Below, in pieces: positions 51,423 to 63,192 of a stretch of 64,000 bases of DNA. Made by a program: the position numbers and the translations under genes. Positions within the stretch are counted from its first letter, which is position 1; each line of letters starts with the position of its first letter. Origin of the DNA: Selaginella moellendorffii (taxonomy: Eukaryota; Plantae; Lycopodiophyta); NCBI RefSeq assembly GCF_000143415.4, contig NW_003314315.1:1323681-1387680 (forward strand), read 5' to 3'. The notes below the pieces were generated by a model, which saw only the letters and a program-made list of their open reading frames with translations, searched no databases and was not told the origin of the DNA.

Positions 51423-54400
51423 ATGGACGCCTCTTCATCTAGAAAGCGTGGGCGAGAGCCGGATGAAGAGAGAGAGCAGAAGAAGAAAAAGTGACTTAAA
51501 GCAGGTGAGATTATTGATGTGAAACTTCGTCTGCAGAGGGCACTTACGGAAATTGTAGACCTTGAATGCAAATTGTGGGAGGAAGCCGGGGAGGAAGCCG
51601 GGGAGGATGCCGAACTAAAGGAGAAGATAGCCTCAGAGAAAGCGCGGGTGAGTCAACTCCAGGAGGATATGTCGAAACTGGAACGCGAGTTCTCTGAAAT
51701 CGTCCAGCCGCCACCTGAATACTCGAAAAGAGTGGAGGGTATTGCCGAATCAGCATTTGCGCAGGAGTACCAAAGAGTTGGGGGATTAGACAACGTGGAG
51801 TCATTGCGTGAGAAGCTGGAAGAAACAGGAGAGAAGTGGAAGACGAAGAAAGCCCTGATAGCACCTGTTGTCACGTTAGTTCAGTCGAGTGGCTGGGGAA
51901 AGTCGAGGACTACCTGCGAGCTTGCGAATTTAGGTGTGTTCGTCATCTACTGCTCATTCGCTTCATCTGGCACCGCGTACCCTCCAAGGTCTGCCTTTGC
52001 GGACTTCTTCTACACAAACGCCGTCAAATTGCTCAGCTCGGGTTCTACGCTTTTGTCGCAGAGCAGGTTCATGCTCTTCTGCATTGACTACTTTGTGTCA
52101 TGCATCGAGGCTCTTCTGCATCTGACTTCCGGGGAGGACCCCATGGATGCCAAGAAGTTCTTGAACGATCTCATGGTTGGGAAGAACTTTTGGGACGTGG
52201 TACAGGCGAAGATGGAGATAGGAAATGCAGCCCGGGAGGAGTTTGCTAATCGCCTTGACGTCGACATGAAAGAGAAGCCTGGCGAGAAAACCAATATCTG
52301 GGGCATCTGGGAAAGTAAGGCGTTTAAGAAGTACAACACGCTTGAAGGTCTACTGTCGAATGTTCCAGCTCCTGCCAAAGGAAAACTGAAGGTCCTGTTT
52401 GTCATGGAGGAAGCCCGATGGTTTACTTTGCATGCTGATCCGACAACTCTTGCTGCATTTGTTCCTGCAAGGAGGGCTTCCAGGGTGTTGCCTGAAGATG
52501 GAAGTGTGTCGCTGATGTTCACCGACACAAACGGGAGGTTAAACAATTTTGTGCCGCCCAATAAGGCAGATAGTAGCGATCGAGTGGCTGCAGTGGGAAA
52601 GCTAGTTGCACATCCAGCGTACTGCTTTTTCTTGGCAGACTTGCCATCGGACGAACAAACAGGTGGCCTTCTGCTTGCTCAAGTTGAAGATCTGGGTCGT
52701 CTTTGCGGCTATGGTCGGCCACTGTGGCAAGCATTGGTGAAGGCTTCCGCAAGTGCAGGTGACGTGCTGCTTTTGGCTGTAGATAAGCTCCTGGGTGGCA
52801 CTGGTTCGTTCAACAAGTGTATGCTTGAAAGCGGAGGTCTATCACATGAGGCTTGTCTGGCTACACTGGGCTGCAGAGTATGCATCGACATCAATCCGCA
52901 TGCCACAATTATCACTGATATGGTTGCAAGTCACCTACTTAGCGTGATGTCCATTTCTGATGACCGGACTCTTGTTTGGACGCATTGGGCTACGGAGCCA
53001 CTGGTTGCAGCGGCTGCAGCACAGGTTTTGCGTGCACAAGGGAAGGTTGGGACAGGGTGGAAGGAGTGCTTGGAGGCACTTGTAACTGGGATGAAGCGTG
53101 GATGGGTTGATCGAGGTTACAGGGGCGAGTTGGTTGCACGGGTGCTGCTACTTCTTGCACTGGACAGTCTAGACAGAGATTCATGGAAGTGCTTTACTTT
53201 TGACGAGCTTTGCCGTGGCTTAAGTGGGAAGTCGCTGTCCGAGCTTATTAGAGAAGGTGAGCAGAATTCAGCATCTCCGATCCCCAAAGCTCCAGGTGGT
53301 GGAGGAGAAGCGCAGGTCGAAGTAAACATGCCACCACCTCCAGCCTCGGCTTTGAAGCGTGGAAGCAGGGTTAAAGTAAACAAAAAAATTCCGGGTCAAC
53401 CGCAGGTGGCTTCAGCGTCCCTGTCCAAAGCGGTCAGAGTAAAGATGCCGCCACCTGAGGTGAAGTTGCCATCTCCAACGCTGACGGCCTCGAAAGCTCC
53501 AGGTGGAAGTACGCACAATGCTGAAGGTGAAGGGGAAACAAAACAAGCAGGTGGCTCTATAGATGGAAGTGGTAAAGAAGAAATCCACAGAAACATGGGT
53601 GAAGCCAAGTTTTTTTGCTTGCTATTCAGGAAAACCGACTTCCGACTGCAGGAGCTCACCGCAAAAGATTTGCTTGAATTTGGAAAGGCTGGCGTAGGAA
53701 TCATTTGCTGTGAAAATGAATGGGGCATAGACATCGTCATCGTTGGGTTCTTTGGTGACACGTTTAGCCTGGAGACGATGACACTCATTTTGGTGCAGGT
53801 GAAACACAGAGAGAAACATGATGTTGATTTAGCATGTGCTAAATGCTCTCCGGAGTTTTCTCGGATGTTCAGTAGCAGTGCAGGGCCTCAAGGTTGGACT
53901 GGGTTGAAGGTGCCATACGCCAGTCTGGTTTTGAATGTGGCCCATGTGCCTTCCAGCAGTGTTCGTTACAGAACTAGGAAACTTGTCACAGAAGCATTGC
54001 TGAAGAAGACGCCTGCACATCATTCCATGGCAATGGCTCTCCATGACGCTCATCCGGAATGCAAAGGCCTTCAGGAATGGACAAAAGGCTATGATGGGGA
54101 TAGATTACACCCGGTATTCAAGTCATGGGAACGGTATTTTGCTTCAGATGATCGTCTCCAACACATTGTGGTCATTGAAGGTACGTTTGTGCTGTTTCAT
54201 TTTCAATCACTTGATGTTATCTTTTGCACTCCAGGTTTGGATGCATTCTCATCCAAGGACGAAGTGAAAGACCTGGTCGACATCTCTCTGGATTCTACTG
54301 CAGACATGAGGAAACTAGAACAATTTCAGAAGATGTATGCACATAGAATGTTCGGATGGGTTAAGAACACGGCAATGCACAAGTGTTTGGAGCCAAAGCT

Positions 54401-54428
54401 CAGTGTGAAAAAGAGTAAGGAAAACTGA
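51423..54428 (+). CDS. P-loop NTPase + PD-(D/E)xK nuclease-like protein (Crinkler-associated NTPase/REase type); in-frame TGA at 51492, possible pseudogene
   Basis: Walker A QSSGWGKSR, YPPRS, Walker B LFVMEEAR, GRPLW, TEPLVA.AA, GYRGELVARVLLL, GIDIVI...ILVQVK; in-frame 54-nt intron 54181-54234; ATG 51423 in frame with the 969-aa ORF. Confidence 0.7.
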
Positions 54429-56461
54429 GAATTTTTTTGAGAAATAATCTGAAATTTTTTCTCCATTATGGAATTATCTTAGGTGGTGAGATTTAAGATT
54501 CTAGAATCAAGAGCAAGTGCCAAAACTGAAAGATTCCTTCTCTATTTTTTTGCATGTGGTATGTAGTATTATTCAGGTTTCTGATGGTTTATGTTATAAT
54601 GGTAAAACAAATAATGATAATTGATTAAAACTTTTACAATTTTATTTATAAAATATTAATTATATTCTAAAATGTGCATTAAAAGTTTTAGGCAAAGCTT
54701 TGGTAGAATATCATTCCAACACTTAGATGTAAAATACTATAGATAATATACTCACAATCTTAAAGAAAATTGGGTTTAAGAATTAATTTTTGACATTGCT
54801 AATAATGAAAGCTATAAAGGAAAGGGTATTGAAGTTGATACTAATACAAATAATTGTTATATAAATGAGTGGTGAGCTATGTGTGGTGATGTGGTTGCAA
54901 CTAAAGTATCATCAAAGTTTATCATTGCGTCCAATTAGAGTTGTTATTATATTAATATATTATGAATTTAATTTATGTAACATTGTATTTTAACCGTAAC
55001 ACTAGAAAAATATAATTATTAAACAATTAAAAAAAACTTTAGTGACTATTATAAATTACAACTGCACTCAATTAGTTTAATTTTATTAATTATATTATCT
55101 AAAACACACATACCTAGCTAATTAATTAGGCCTAAATAAAGGAATATTCAAGCTTTATTCCTATTATACAGCAAATAATTATCTATCATAATAAGGAGGA
55201 GTTGGGCTGCCGGATCCAGCAAATCGCAACTGTCTGATAATTTCTTTAACCACGTGTTAGCGAATAATCGCGCTAATGTTTGCTGCCGGCCAATGGGAGG
55301 CAGCCAATCTGCATGGGGCGGAAGAAGAAAATGCAGTGACTCGTGCCACATGCAAAGTGTTGACCGTGACTGCGCCTGTTGTCCGGGCATCGAGATTGCT
55401 CAAGCAGCAGTAGCAGCTTATCTGGCGACTGGAGTAAGATCGATCATCCTCCTGGTGGTGGAGCAAGGTGTCACAGCATCCGGACGCACCACTCAACTGG
55501 AACATGGTGTTCATTGGCCATAGCAACAGGATCTTCGGCGTGGAGATGTTTAAGATCTTTGGGCAGGTGCTGGATTTCGTGACAATATGCCAGTTCAAAA
55601 GAGTTCTAGATGTGGTGACCAGGTATCTTTCTCTCATTTTCTTTTTATCCATTTTTGCGATGAATGCAAGGGCATTTTGTGCTCCTCCAGGTACTAGGCT
55701 CACCCAGCAGCAGCATTGCTCGAGCAAGAGGGCTGTAGAAAGATTGGGGATTAAGCAGCCAGAGAAAAACTATAAGCAGGTTATACTTCTCAAGATTGTC
55801 TCCGAAGATCACTAGGAGTTTTTCAGGAAGCAATGCTGGTAATTTTATTCTTCTCTTTTGTCCTTCAAGAAAGACAAGTGTTTTTCTCTCTCTCTAGATT
55901 GGAGCTTGCTCAATGCATTTCAGATCCTTCATGCTTGCAAACTTGTAATGATCAACCTAACGAGACTGAGTGCTAGGTAAGTCTTGAGATTTTGTGTAAA
56001 ACTTCTTTTGGATCGATCGATCATTGTGATTCACGAATACTTTCAGATACAATGTGGAGACATTTTCGAGAACAAGGTGGTGGATGAATTCAATGATTGT
56101 GTGGTGAGCCACAAAAGCTGCATCCCACAGAAGAAAGACGAGGGGCATTTCCCAGTCCCACCACCCTCGGGCTCACAGCACAAGCGGGTGAGCTAGGATT
56201 GCGCATCCAACCAGAGAATGGGGTGCTGATGGAGGGAGTGCTGATGTTTGCTGCATTGAACGACAAGCCAAGCTGCGTGGGGCAGGAGAGGAAGGCACTG
56301 CAACATATGTTGCATGCAAAGTGTTGACCATGATTACACCTGTCGTCTGTCTTGTCGAGCGAAAAAGCTATTGCAAGTTTTGCAATGACATGGCAAAAAT
56401 TAAGTAGGGCTTTGGGCCAACAGCTGTGATTAACCCAAAGTTAATCAATTGCCTCATTCAG

Positions 56462-57012
56462 GATTGCCACTCCCGGCAGGCTTTTACATCATCTCCGGAA
56501 GAGCACCTGCAACTATCACAACCTCAAGGTAACTAGAACTCTTCCTCTTCCCAATGATAAGTCATCTGTGGACCAGTATCTGGTGATTGATGAAGCAGAT
56601 TGCTTACTTGACATTGAATTCCAAGATGAAATGAACGAGATCTTCAGTTTGTTGAAGGTGCGGTCTCAAAACACATGCCGCGCTCTCACTTTTGATACTG
56701 TCAGGACATTTCTATGCCAAGGCAGACTGTTCTTTCCTCTGCTACTCTAATTCAAAAGGTCCGTCTATTTGTGTTTCAAGGCAGCTCCATTAAACATCAT
56801 GTCTACAGGTGGCAGCTTTTGCAGAGCATCTGTCCCTCAAAAATCCAGAGTACATTCAAGCATCACCTCCAAGACAGGTGAACTTGATGGCTCTTGTAAC
56901 CAGTTAGCGCAGCCAACTGTCAAAGGCCTGGAGCAACTCTACTGTGTAGTTCCGCCCGACAAGCATTTCCTGTGGATACTCACGTTCTTAATGAAGAACT
57001 CAGGGAAGAAGT
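56462..57012 (+). pseudogene. DEAD-box RNA helicase (HAS1/DDX18-like) fragment truncated by telomeric repeats
   Basis: Exons IATPGRLLHHL, YLVIDEADCLLDIEFQDEM, RQTVLSSAT, TVKGLEQLYCVVPPDKHFLWILTFLMKNSGKK then (TTTAGGG)n. Confidence 0.82.
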
Positions 57013-57209
57013 TTAGGGTTTAGGGTTTAGGGTTAGGGTTTAGCTTTAGGGTTTAGGGTTTAGGTTTCAGGGTTTAGGGTTTAGGGTTTAGGGTTTAGGG
57101 GTTTAGGGTTTAGGGTTTACCGGTATAGGGTTTAGGGCTGAGGGTTTAGGGTTTAGGGTTTCAGGGTTTCAGGGTTTAGGTTTAGGGTTTTAGGGTTTAG
57201 GGTTTAGGG
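57011..57209 (+). repeat. Telomeric repeat tract (TTTAGGG)n with variants
   Basis: Direct. Confidence 0.98.
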
Positions 57210-57391
57210 GCGTTTAGGCGTTCAGGGTCAAAGGCACCCCGTGGTGCTGCAATCCGGCGAGATCGCGGCGCCACTTTGTGCAATCCACATTCTCCGTGTG
57301 CCGTTGTCGAGACGGCGTGATCGAGAGCAAGTAGAGGAGGCAAGAGAATGAATTTTCATTCATTCGCGAGCGAGGGAGAAGACAAGAGACA

Positions 57392-57434
57392 ACCCGAGAC
57401 CGGTTTCGTCCTTTTTGGGACTCATCAGCCGGGT
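57392..57434 (-). ncRNA. Minimal type I hammerhead ribozyme (copy 1)
   Basis: Minus strand ACCCGG-CTGATGA-GTCC CAAAAA GGAC-GAA-ACCGGT-C-TCGGGT: conserved core, helix II, palindromic helix III, GUC cleavage site. Confidence 0.9.
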
Positions 57435-58331
57435 GTAGTCGTCTAACGTCTAGCCTAACCCTAGCTCGGCGCCGGCTCTACTTATATTCTGGCTCTGTCA
57501 CGTGGCGCGAGTCCGAGTGGCGGCCATGCGAGGTGCATGGCGGCGTTGGCTCGCGAGGATGCGAACGTAGCACAGCTGGTGTTGGTTACTCCACAACAGT
57601 GGTAGTCGCGGAGAATGACTTCGGCGAATCGCTGAAGACAGTAAGCGTTCGTCCGGCGGGTGACGTACCTTCGACACAAGATAACTTGTAAACGCGGCAT
57701 GATATGATGCATGTGTGACGTCCACAATGCTTGTGTCACTGGTATGTACCCGGGGGCGAAAAACGTGGTTCATCAGAAAAGGTTTTGCTGGTAAGTGGAG
57801 ATAATTTTTTCTTTGCTGCTATGGGGACCAGCACTTTGCAGGGAATATTCTCGGAATATTCGGTCGTTGACCGTTGACCCCGCGTTGACCGTGTGTGGAC
57901 TGGGATAGTGGAGGGCCTGAGGTCACTCATACATACCCGGAGTCCAGCGGTTACATGGGGGAGAGCCATCCTGCGGGCTGTCGGCATGTGTCGCCGATGT
58001 CGAGGGAGCGGCACCGTTTTAATGGAAAACATGCTTTTCCACGAGTCGTGTGTGGAGTTCAGAGTTGAAACTCACATATTCACGATCGGAAGGAAGAGCA
58101 GAATCCAACGGTATATGCCGTTTTGACTCGGTCAACAGGGATACAGTCGGAATATTGGGGAATATTCCGTTGACTCCGCGTTGACCGGGCGTTGACTCGA
58201 AAAGGGGGGTGGCCTGGAGTGACTTGGGACATACCTGAAGTCCATCGGCCAGACCCTGGGAGTCACCGAGTACGCAGAGAAGGATGCAAACATAAGCTTC
58301 CGTGTCTTGCAAAGTGCGGTACAAGACGTGG

Positions 58332-59870
58332 CTAAGCTCGCGGAGGGAGCTTAGCCCTGACCAGAAACGAACCGAGGTTCGGGGAGCGTCTCCAGCACGT
58401 GATCACTCGAGGGAGTGTGTCTGTGGGAGCTTCATCCATCACCTGTTTAGGGTTTAGGATGTCCCCCAAGCCTAGCTGCGCACTGTGGAGTGTGTAGGGC
58501 AGCTTGAAGGCGAGGGGGGCCCGTCGACAGGCGTCGCTAGAGCGGCGCGAACGTGCAAGGAGAGCTTGATGTCGCTGGTCGTAGGAGATGCCAGAGAAGC
58601 AGTGGTGGAGGAAGGAGGTCGGGTATCCTCGGGCACGGAGGCGGTGGTAGAACCGCGTGCGCATGGCGTGGAATCCATCGGCCGTGCTCTCGTGGAGGAG
58701 GTATCTCCGGAGCTCGCTGCGGATGAATGCCACTTTTTGGTGCCGTGGGTGAACCGACGTCCAGGGGAGGTACTGGTAGGCATTGAGCGGCTTCTGGAAC
58801 GTGGACGAGTCGAGGCAGCCTGTCTCTTCAAAGCGAGGGCCTTTGAAGAAGTGGATATCGAGGATATCCAACTCTTCGAGCGAGATCACCGAGGTGATCT
58901 TGATCGAAGGACACAGCGTGCCGTATCCTTGGAGCCATCGTTCAAGGCCTGCTCGTGTACCTGTCCAAATGCCCACTCCGTCATCTATGTACCTTCGTAG
59001 ATAGAAGGGCCAGTCGTTGGTGGCATGCTTGTACTCGGCTTCGAGAGAGCAGAGGAAGAGGCAAGCGTAGACCACCGCGAAGTTGGAGCCCATTGCTGTG
59101 CCGCGGATCTGCTGGTAGATGTTACCGTCAAACTCCACGTAGTTGTGCTCCAGAACGAGGGCAGCTGCAGCCATGAGGAACCGCGAGCGTGTGGTGTTGC
59201 CGTACTCGGCAAACACAAAGTCGCGGAGGCGTTGGAGACCTTCTCGTGTGGGGATGCTTGGGTAGAGGCTCTCTACGTCGAACGTGAAGAGCCAGCAGTC
59301 CCGCGGGAGCTGTAGGTGGAGGAGGTCCTGTAGCAGCGTGCGCGAGTCGGAAAGAAACGTTGGCTGCTTCAGCAGGATATCGTAGAGCTGGCGGTGAAGC
59401 CAACGCGCGAGGGGCTCCCACAACGTACCGATATAGCTTGCGATGGGTCGGCCCTTTATTGGCTGCTTGTGTATTTTCGGAAGAAAATACATCATGCAAG
59501 CCTGCCGGGGTACGGCGGGCTGGTGCAGCAGGAACTGCTGCGTGGAGTTGTCGAGCCACGAGCAGCTGCGGTACTTTGTGATGAGCTCGGCGAGGCGTTC
59601 CTGGAGGGATTTGGATGGCACGGAGGGGACCTTCACATAAACAAGTGGGTCGTTCAGTTGGCGGAGAGCCTCCTTTGTGTACCAATCACGATCCAGCACC
59701 ACCGCTCCAAGATTTTTGTCCGCAGGCTTGATGATGATGGATGTGTCCGTTGCGAGAGAGTGGAGAGCACGCTTTTTCCAACCGTGAGCGAAGGAGCGAG
59801 GCTTGTGTGCTCCTTCCAGCCTGTGGAGCAGGCTGCCTCGCACGTGTGCAAGGCGCCGTTCCACATACCG
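58332..59870 (-). CDS. Penelope-like reverse transcriptase without GIY-YIG endonuclease (N-terminally truncated)
   Basis: IKPADKNLGAVVLD, YFLPKIHK..GRPI, TFDVESLYPSIP, GTAMGS, RYIDDG, LDI, YLPWTSVHP, LRARGYP; ends LVRAKL with no GIY-YIG. Confidence 0.93.
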   Translation of the reverse strand, partial: RYVERRLAHVRGSLLHRLEGAHKPRSFAHGWKKRALHSLATDTSIIIKPADKNLGAVVLDRDWYTKEALRQLNDPLVYVKVPSVPSKSLQERLAELITKYRSCSWLDNSTQQFLLHQPAVPRQACMMYFLPKIHKQPIKGRPIASYIGTLWEPLARWLHRQLYDILLKQPTFLSDSRTLLQDLLHLQLPRDCWLFTFDVESLYPSIPTREGLQRLRDFVFAEYGNTTRSRFLMAAAALVLEHNYVEFDGNIYQQIRGTAMGSNFAVVYACLFLCSLEAEYKHATNDWPFYLRRYIDDGVGIWTGTRAGLERWLQGYGTLCPSIKITSVISLEELDILDIHFFKGPRFEETGCLDSSTFQKPLNAYQYLPWTSVHPRHQKVAFIRSELRRYLLHESTADGFHAMRTRFYHRLRARGYPTSFLHHCFSGISYDQRHQALLARSRRSSDACRRAPLAFKLPYTLHSAQLGLGDILNPKQVMDEAPTDTLPRVITCWRRSPNLGSFLVRAKLPPRA

Positions 59871-60216
59871 GTTTAGGGTTTAGGGTTTAGGGTTTAGGGT
59901 TTAGGTTTAGGGTTTAGGGTTTAGGGTTTAGGGTTTAGGCTTAGGGTTTAGGGTTTAGGGTTTTAGGGTTTAGGGTTTAGGGTTTAGGGTTTAGGGTTTT
60001 AGGGTTTAGGGTTTAGGGTTTAGGGTTTAGGGTTTAGGGTTTAGGGTTTAGGATTTAGGCGCGTTTAGGCGTTTAGGGTCAAAGACACCCCGCGGTGTTA
60101 GGGTTTAGGGTTTTAGGGTTTAGGGTTTAGGGTTTAGGGTTTAGGGTTTAGGGTTTAAGGGTTTAGGGTTTAGGGTTTAGGGTTTAGGGTTTAGGGTTTA
60201 GGGTTTAGGGTTTAGG
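59871..60216 (+). repeat. Telomeric tract interrupted by an approximately 38-bp stub of the retroelement 3' end (60060-60097)
   Basis: Direct. Confidence 0.95.
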
Positions 60217-62295
60217 CGCGTTTAGGCGTTTAGGGTCAAAGACACCCCGCGGTGCTGCAATCCGGCGAGATCGCGGCACCACTTTGTGCAATCCACATTC
60301 TCCGTGTGCCGTTGTCGAGACGGCGTGATCAAGAGCAAGTAGAGGAGGCGAGGGAATGAATTTTCATTCATTCGTGAGCGAGGGAGAAGACAAGAGACAA
60401 CCCGAGACCGGTTTCGTCCTTTTTGGGACTCATCAGCCGGGTGTAGTCGTCTAGTGTCTACGCTAACCCTAGCTCGGTGCCGACTCTACTTATATTTTGG
60501 CTCTGTCACGTGGCGCGAGTCCGTGTGGCGGCCATGCGAAGTGGCATGGCAGCGTTGGCTCGCGAGGGTGCGAACGTAGCACAGCTGGTGTTGGTTACTC
60601 CACAGCAGTGGTAGTCGCGGAGAATGACTTCGGCGGATCGCCGAAGACAGTAAGCGTTCGGCCGGCGGGTGACGTACCTTTAACGCAAGATAACTTGTAA
60701 ACGCGGCATGATATGATGCATGCGTTACGTCCACAATGCTTGTGTCACTCGTACGTACCTGGCGACGAAAAACGTGGTTCACTTGGCAGGGAATATTCTG
60801 GGAATATTCTGTCGTTGACCGTTGACCCCGCATTGACCGTGTGTGGACTGGGATGGTGGAGGGCCTGAGGTCACTCATACATACCCGGAGTCCAGCGGTG
60901 ATGCAGGGGAGAGCCATCCCACGAGCTGTCGGCATGCGTCGCCGATGTCGAAGGAGCGGCACCATTTTAATGGAATACACGCTTTTCAACGAATCGTGTG
61001 TGGATTTCAGAGTTGAAACTCACATATTCACGATCGGGAAAAAGAGCGGAATCCAACGGTATATGCCGTTTTGACTCGGTCAACAAAAACACTGTCAGGG
61101 AATATTCGGGAATATTCCGTTCTGACCGTTGACTCCGCGTTGACCGTGCGTTGACTCGAAAGGGAGGTGGCCTGGAGTGACTGGTACGTACCCGAGGTCC
61201 TTCGGTCATGCAGAAAGGTCCTTTTCCCGCGAGGTGTCGGCGCGTGTGTGACGTCGACGTCGTCGCATGGCACCATTATGAGATTCGCAAGCTTTCCAAG
61301 GTTTGGTGTCCATCGTAAGGAGATGAGACCAACGTAGTCACACTTGGAAAGGGGTGCAGAATCGAATGGTGTAGGCCTCGTTGACTCGGTCAACAATCTG
61401 ACTGTCAGGGAATATTCGGGAATATTCCTGTTTGGACAGTAGACTGAGCGTTGACCGGGCGTTGACCGGTGGGGGACGACCTGGGGTGACTGGGACATAC
61501 CTAGAGTCCATTGGCCAGACCCTGTAGGTCATCGGTCATGCGGAGAAGGATGCAATCATATGCTTCCGTCTCTTGCAAAGCGCGGTAGAAGATGTGGCTG
61601 AGCTCGCAACGCGAGTTTAGCCCTGACCAGGAACGAACCGGGGTTCGGGAGGCATCTCTAGCACGTGATCACTCAGGGGAGTGTGTCTGCGGGAGCTTCA
61701 TCCATCACCTGTTTAGGGTTTAGGATGTCCCCCAAGCCTAGCTGCGTGCTGTGAAGCGTGTAGGGGAGCTTAAAGGCGAGGGGGGTCCGTCGACAAGCGT
61801 CGCTAGAGCGGCGCAAGCGTGCAAGGAGAGCTTCATGTCACTGGTCAGAGGAGATGCTGGAGAGGCAGTGTTGGAGGAAGGAGATCGGGTGTCCCCGGGC
61901 ACAGAGGCAGTGGTAGAGCCGCGTGCGCATGGCATGGAATCCATTGGCCGTGCTCTCACGGAGGAGGTATCTCTGGAGCTCGCTGCGGATAAATGCCACT
62001 TTCTGGTGCCATGGGTGAACCGACGTCCAGGGGAGGTACTGGTAGGCGTTGAGGGGCTTCTGGAACGTGGACGAGTCGAGGCAGCGTGTCTCTTCAAAGT
62101 GAGGGCCTTTGAAGAGGTGGATATCGAGGATATCCAACTCCTTGAGCAGGATCACCGAGGTGATCTTGATCGAGGGACGAAGCGTGCCATATCCTCGGAG
62201 CCATCGTTCGAGGCCTGCTCGTGTACCTGTCCAAGTGCTCACTCCATCATCTGTGTACCTCCGTAGATGGAAGGGCGATTTGTTGGTTGTGTCGA
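60217..62295 (-). mobile_element. Penelope-like retroelement copy 2, more diverged; RT remnant only from the YxDD region onward
   Basis: Homologous 3' region and RT C-half (RRYTDDG, LDILDIH, YLPWTSVHP). Confidence 0.88.
60400..60442 (-). ncRNA. Minimal type I hammerhead ribozyme (copy 2)
   Basis: Identical core to copy 1. Confidence 0.9.
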
Positions 62296-63010
62296 GGCAC
62301 TCGTCGAGTCTGTGGGGACAGTGTTGAGCGTGGTGCCATGGACATGCTGAGCAGAGCCAGGTGCAAAGGTGACGGTGGCTGCTGCGCTGGGCCAGGTCCT
62401 GGAGAGCGTTAAGGCGAGAGGGCTCGCTGCTCTGTTCCAGTGGCAGGGGCTGGCCTGGGTGGCGATTGCAAGGGATCCAGCACCAGAGGTGGTGAGAGCC
62501 CGTGCCATCGGCATAGTGTCTGGCTCTGCAGTTGCAGGGCCAGTGCTAGCATGCAAGGCTGGTTTTGTGCTTCCATGGCAGATTAAATCGATTTTGGCAG
62601 TGTTGTGGCGATGTCTAGGCAGCTTGGGTGCTCTGAGTGGCAGGGAGCATTCCCATTGGCATCTTTGGTGATCCTTTGGTGGTGCCAAGGCAACATACCA
62701 GAGGGGGGGGGCAAAAAGCCTTTGTGAGGGATTTGCTGTACCAGACCCAAGTCAGGGGGGCTGGGCTGCGCTAGACGTCGGAAAGACTGCTGAGTGGAGA
62801 TATTAAGCTAGCTCCCAAACTCTTAGTGGCCGTGAGCAGCTCTAGGTGGGGATTATTTGTGGGGAATGCGTGGGGAATGCCCAGCCCGTCAGCAGCGCGT
62901 CCCGGCCAGCCGCTGCCCAGCAGCACCACTAGCGCTGCCCAGCAGTGCTCCACTGCGCCAGGCACGACCGCCAGAGCGCCACAAATAATCCCCACCTAGA
63001 GCTGCTCACG

Positions 63011-63192
63011 GTTTAGGGTTTAGGTTTAGGGTTTAGGGTTTAGGGTTTAGGGTTTAGGGTTTAGGGTTTAGGGTTTAGGGTTTAGGGGTTTAGGGTTTAG
63101 GGTTTAGGGGTTTAGGGTTTAGGGTTTAGGGTTTAGGGTTTAGGGTTTAGGGTTTAGGGTTTAGGTTTAGGGTTTAGGGTTTAGGATTTAGG
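63011..63192 (+). repeat. Telomeric repeat tract
   Basis: Direct. Confidence 0.98.

Larger units (their letters stand above)
57210..59870 (-). mobile_element. Endonuclease-deficient Penelope-like retroelement copy 1, 5'-truncated, telomere-capped
   Basis: PLE-type RT ORF, about 1.1 kb 3' region shared with copies 2 and 3, telomeric tracts on both sides. Confidence 0.92.
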
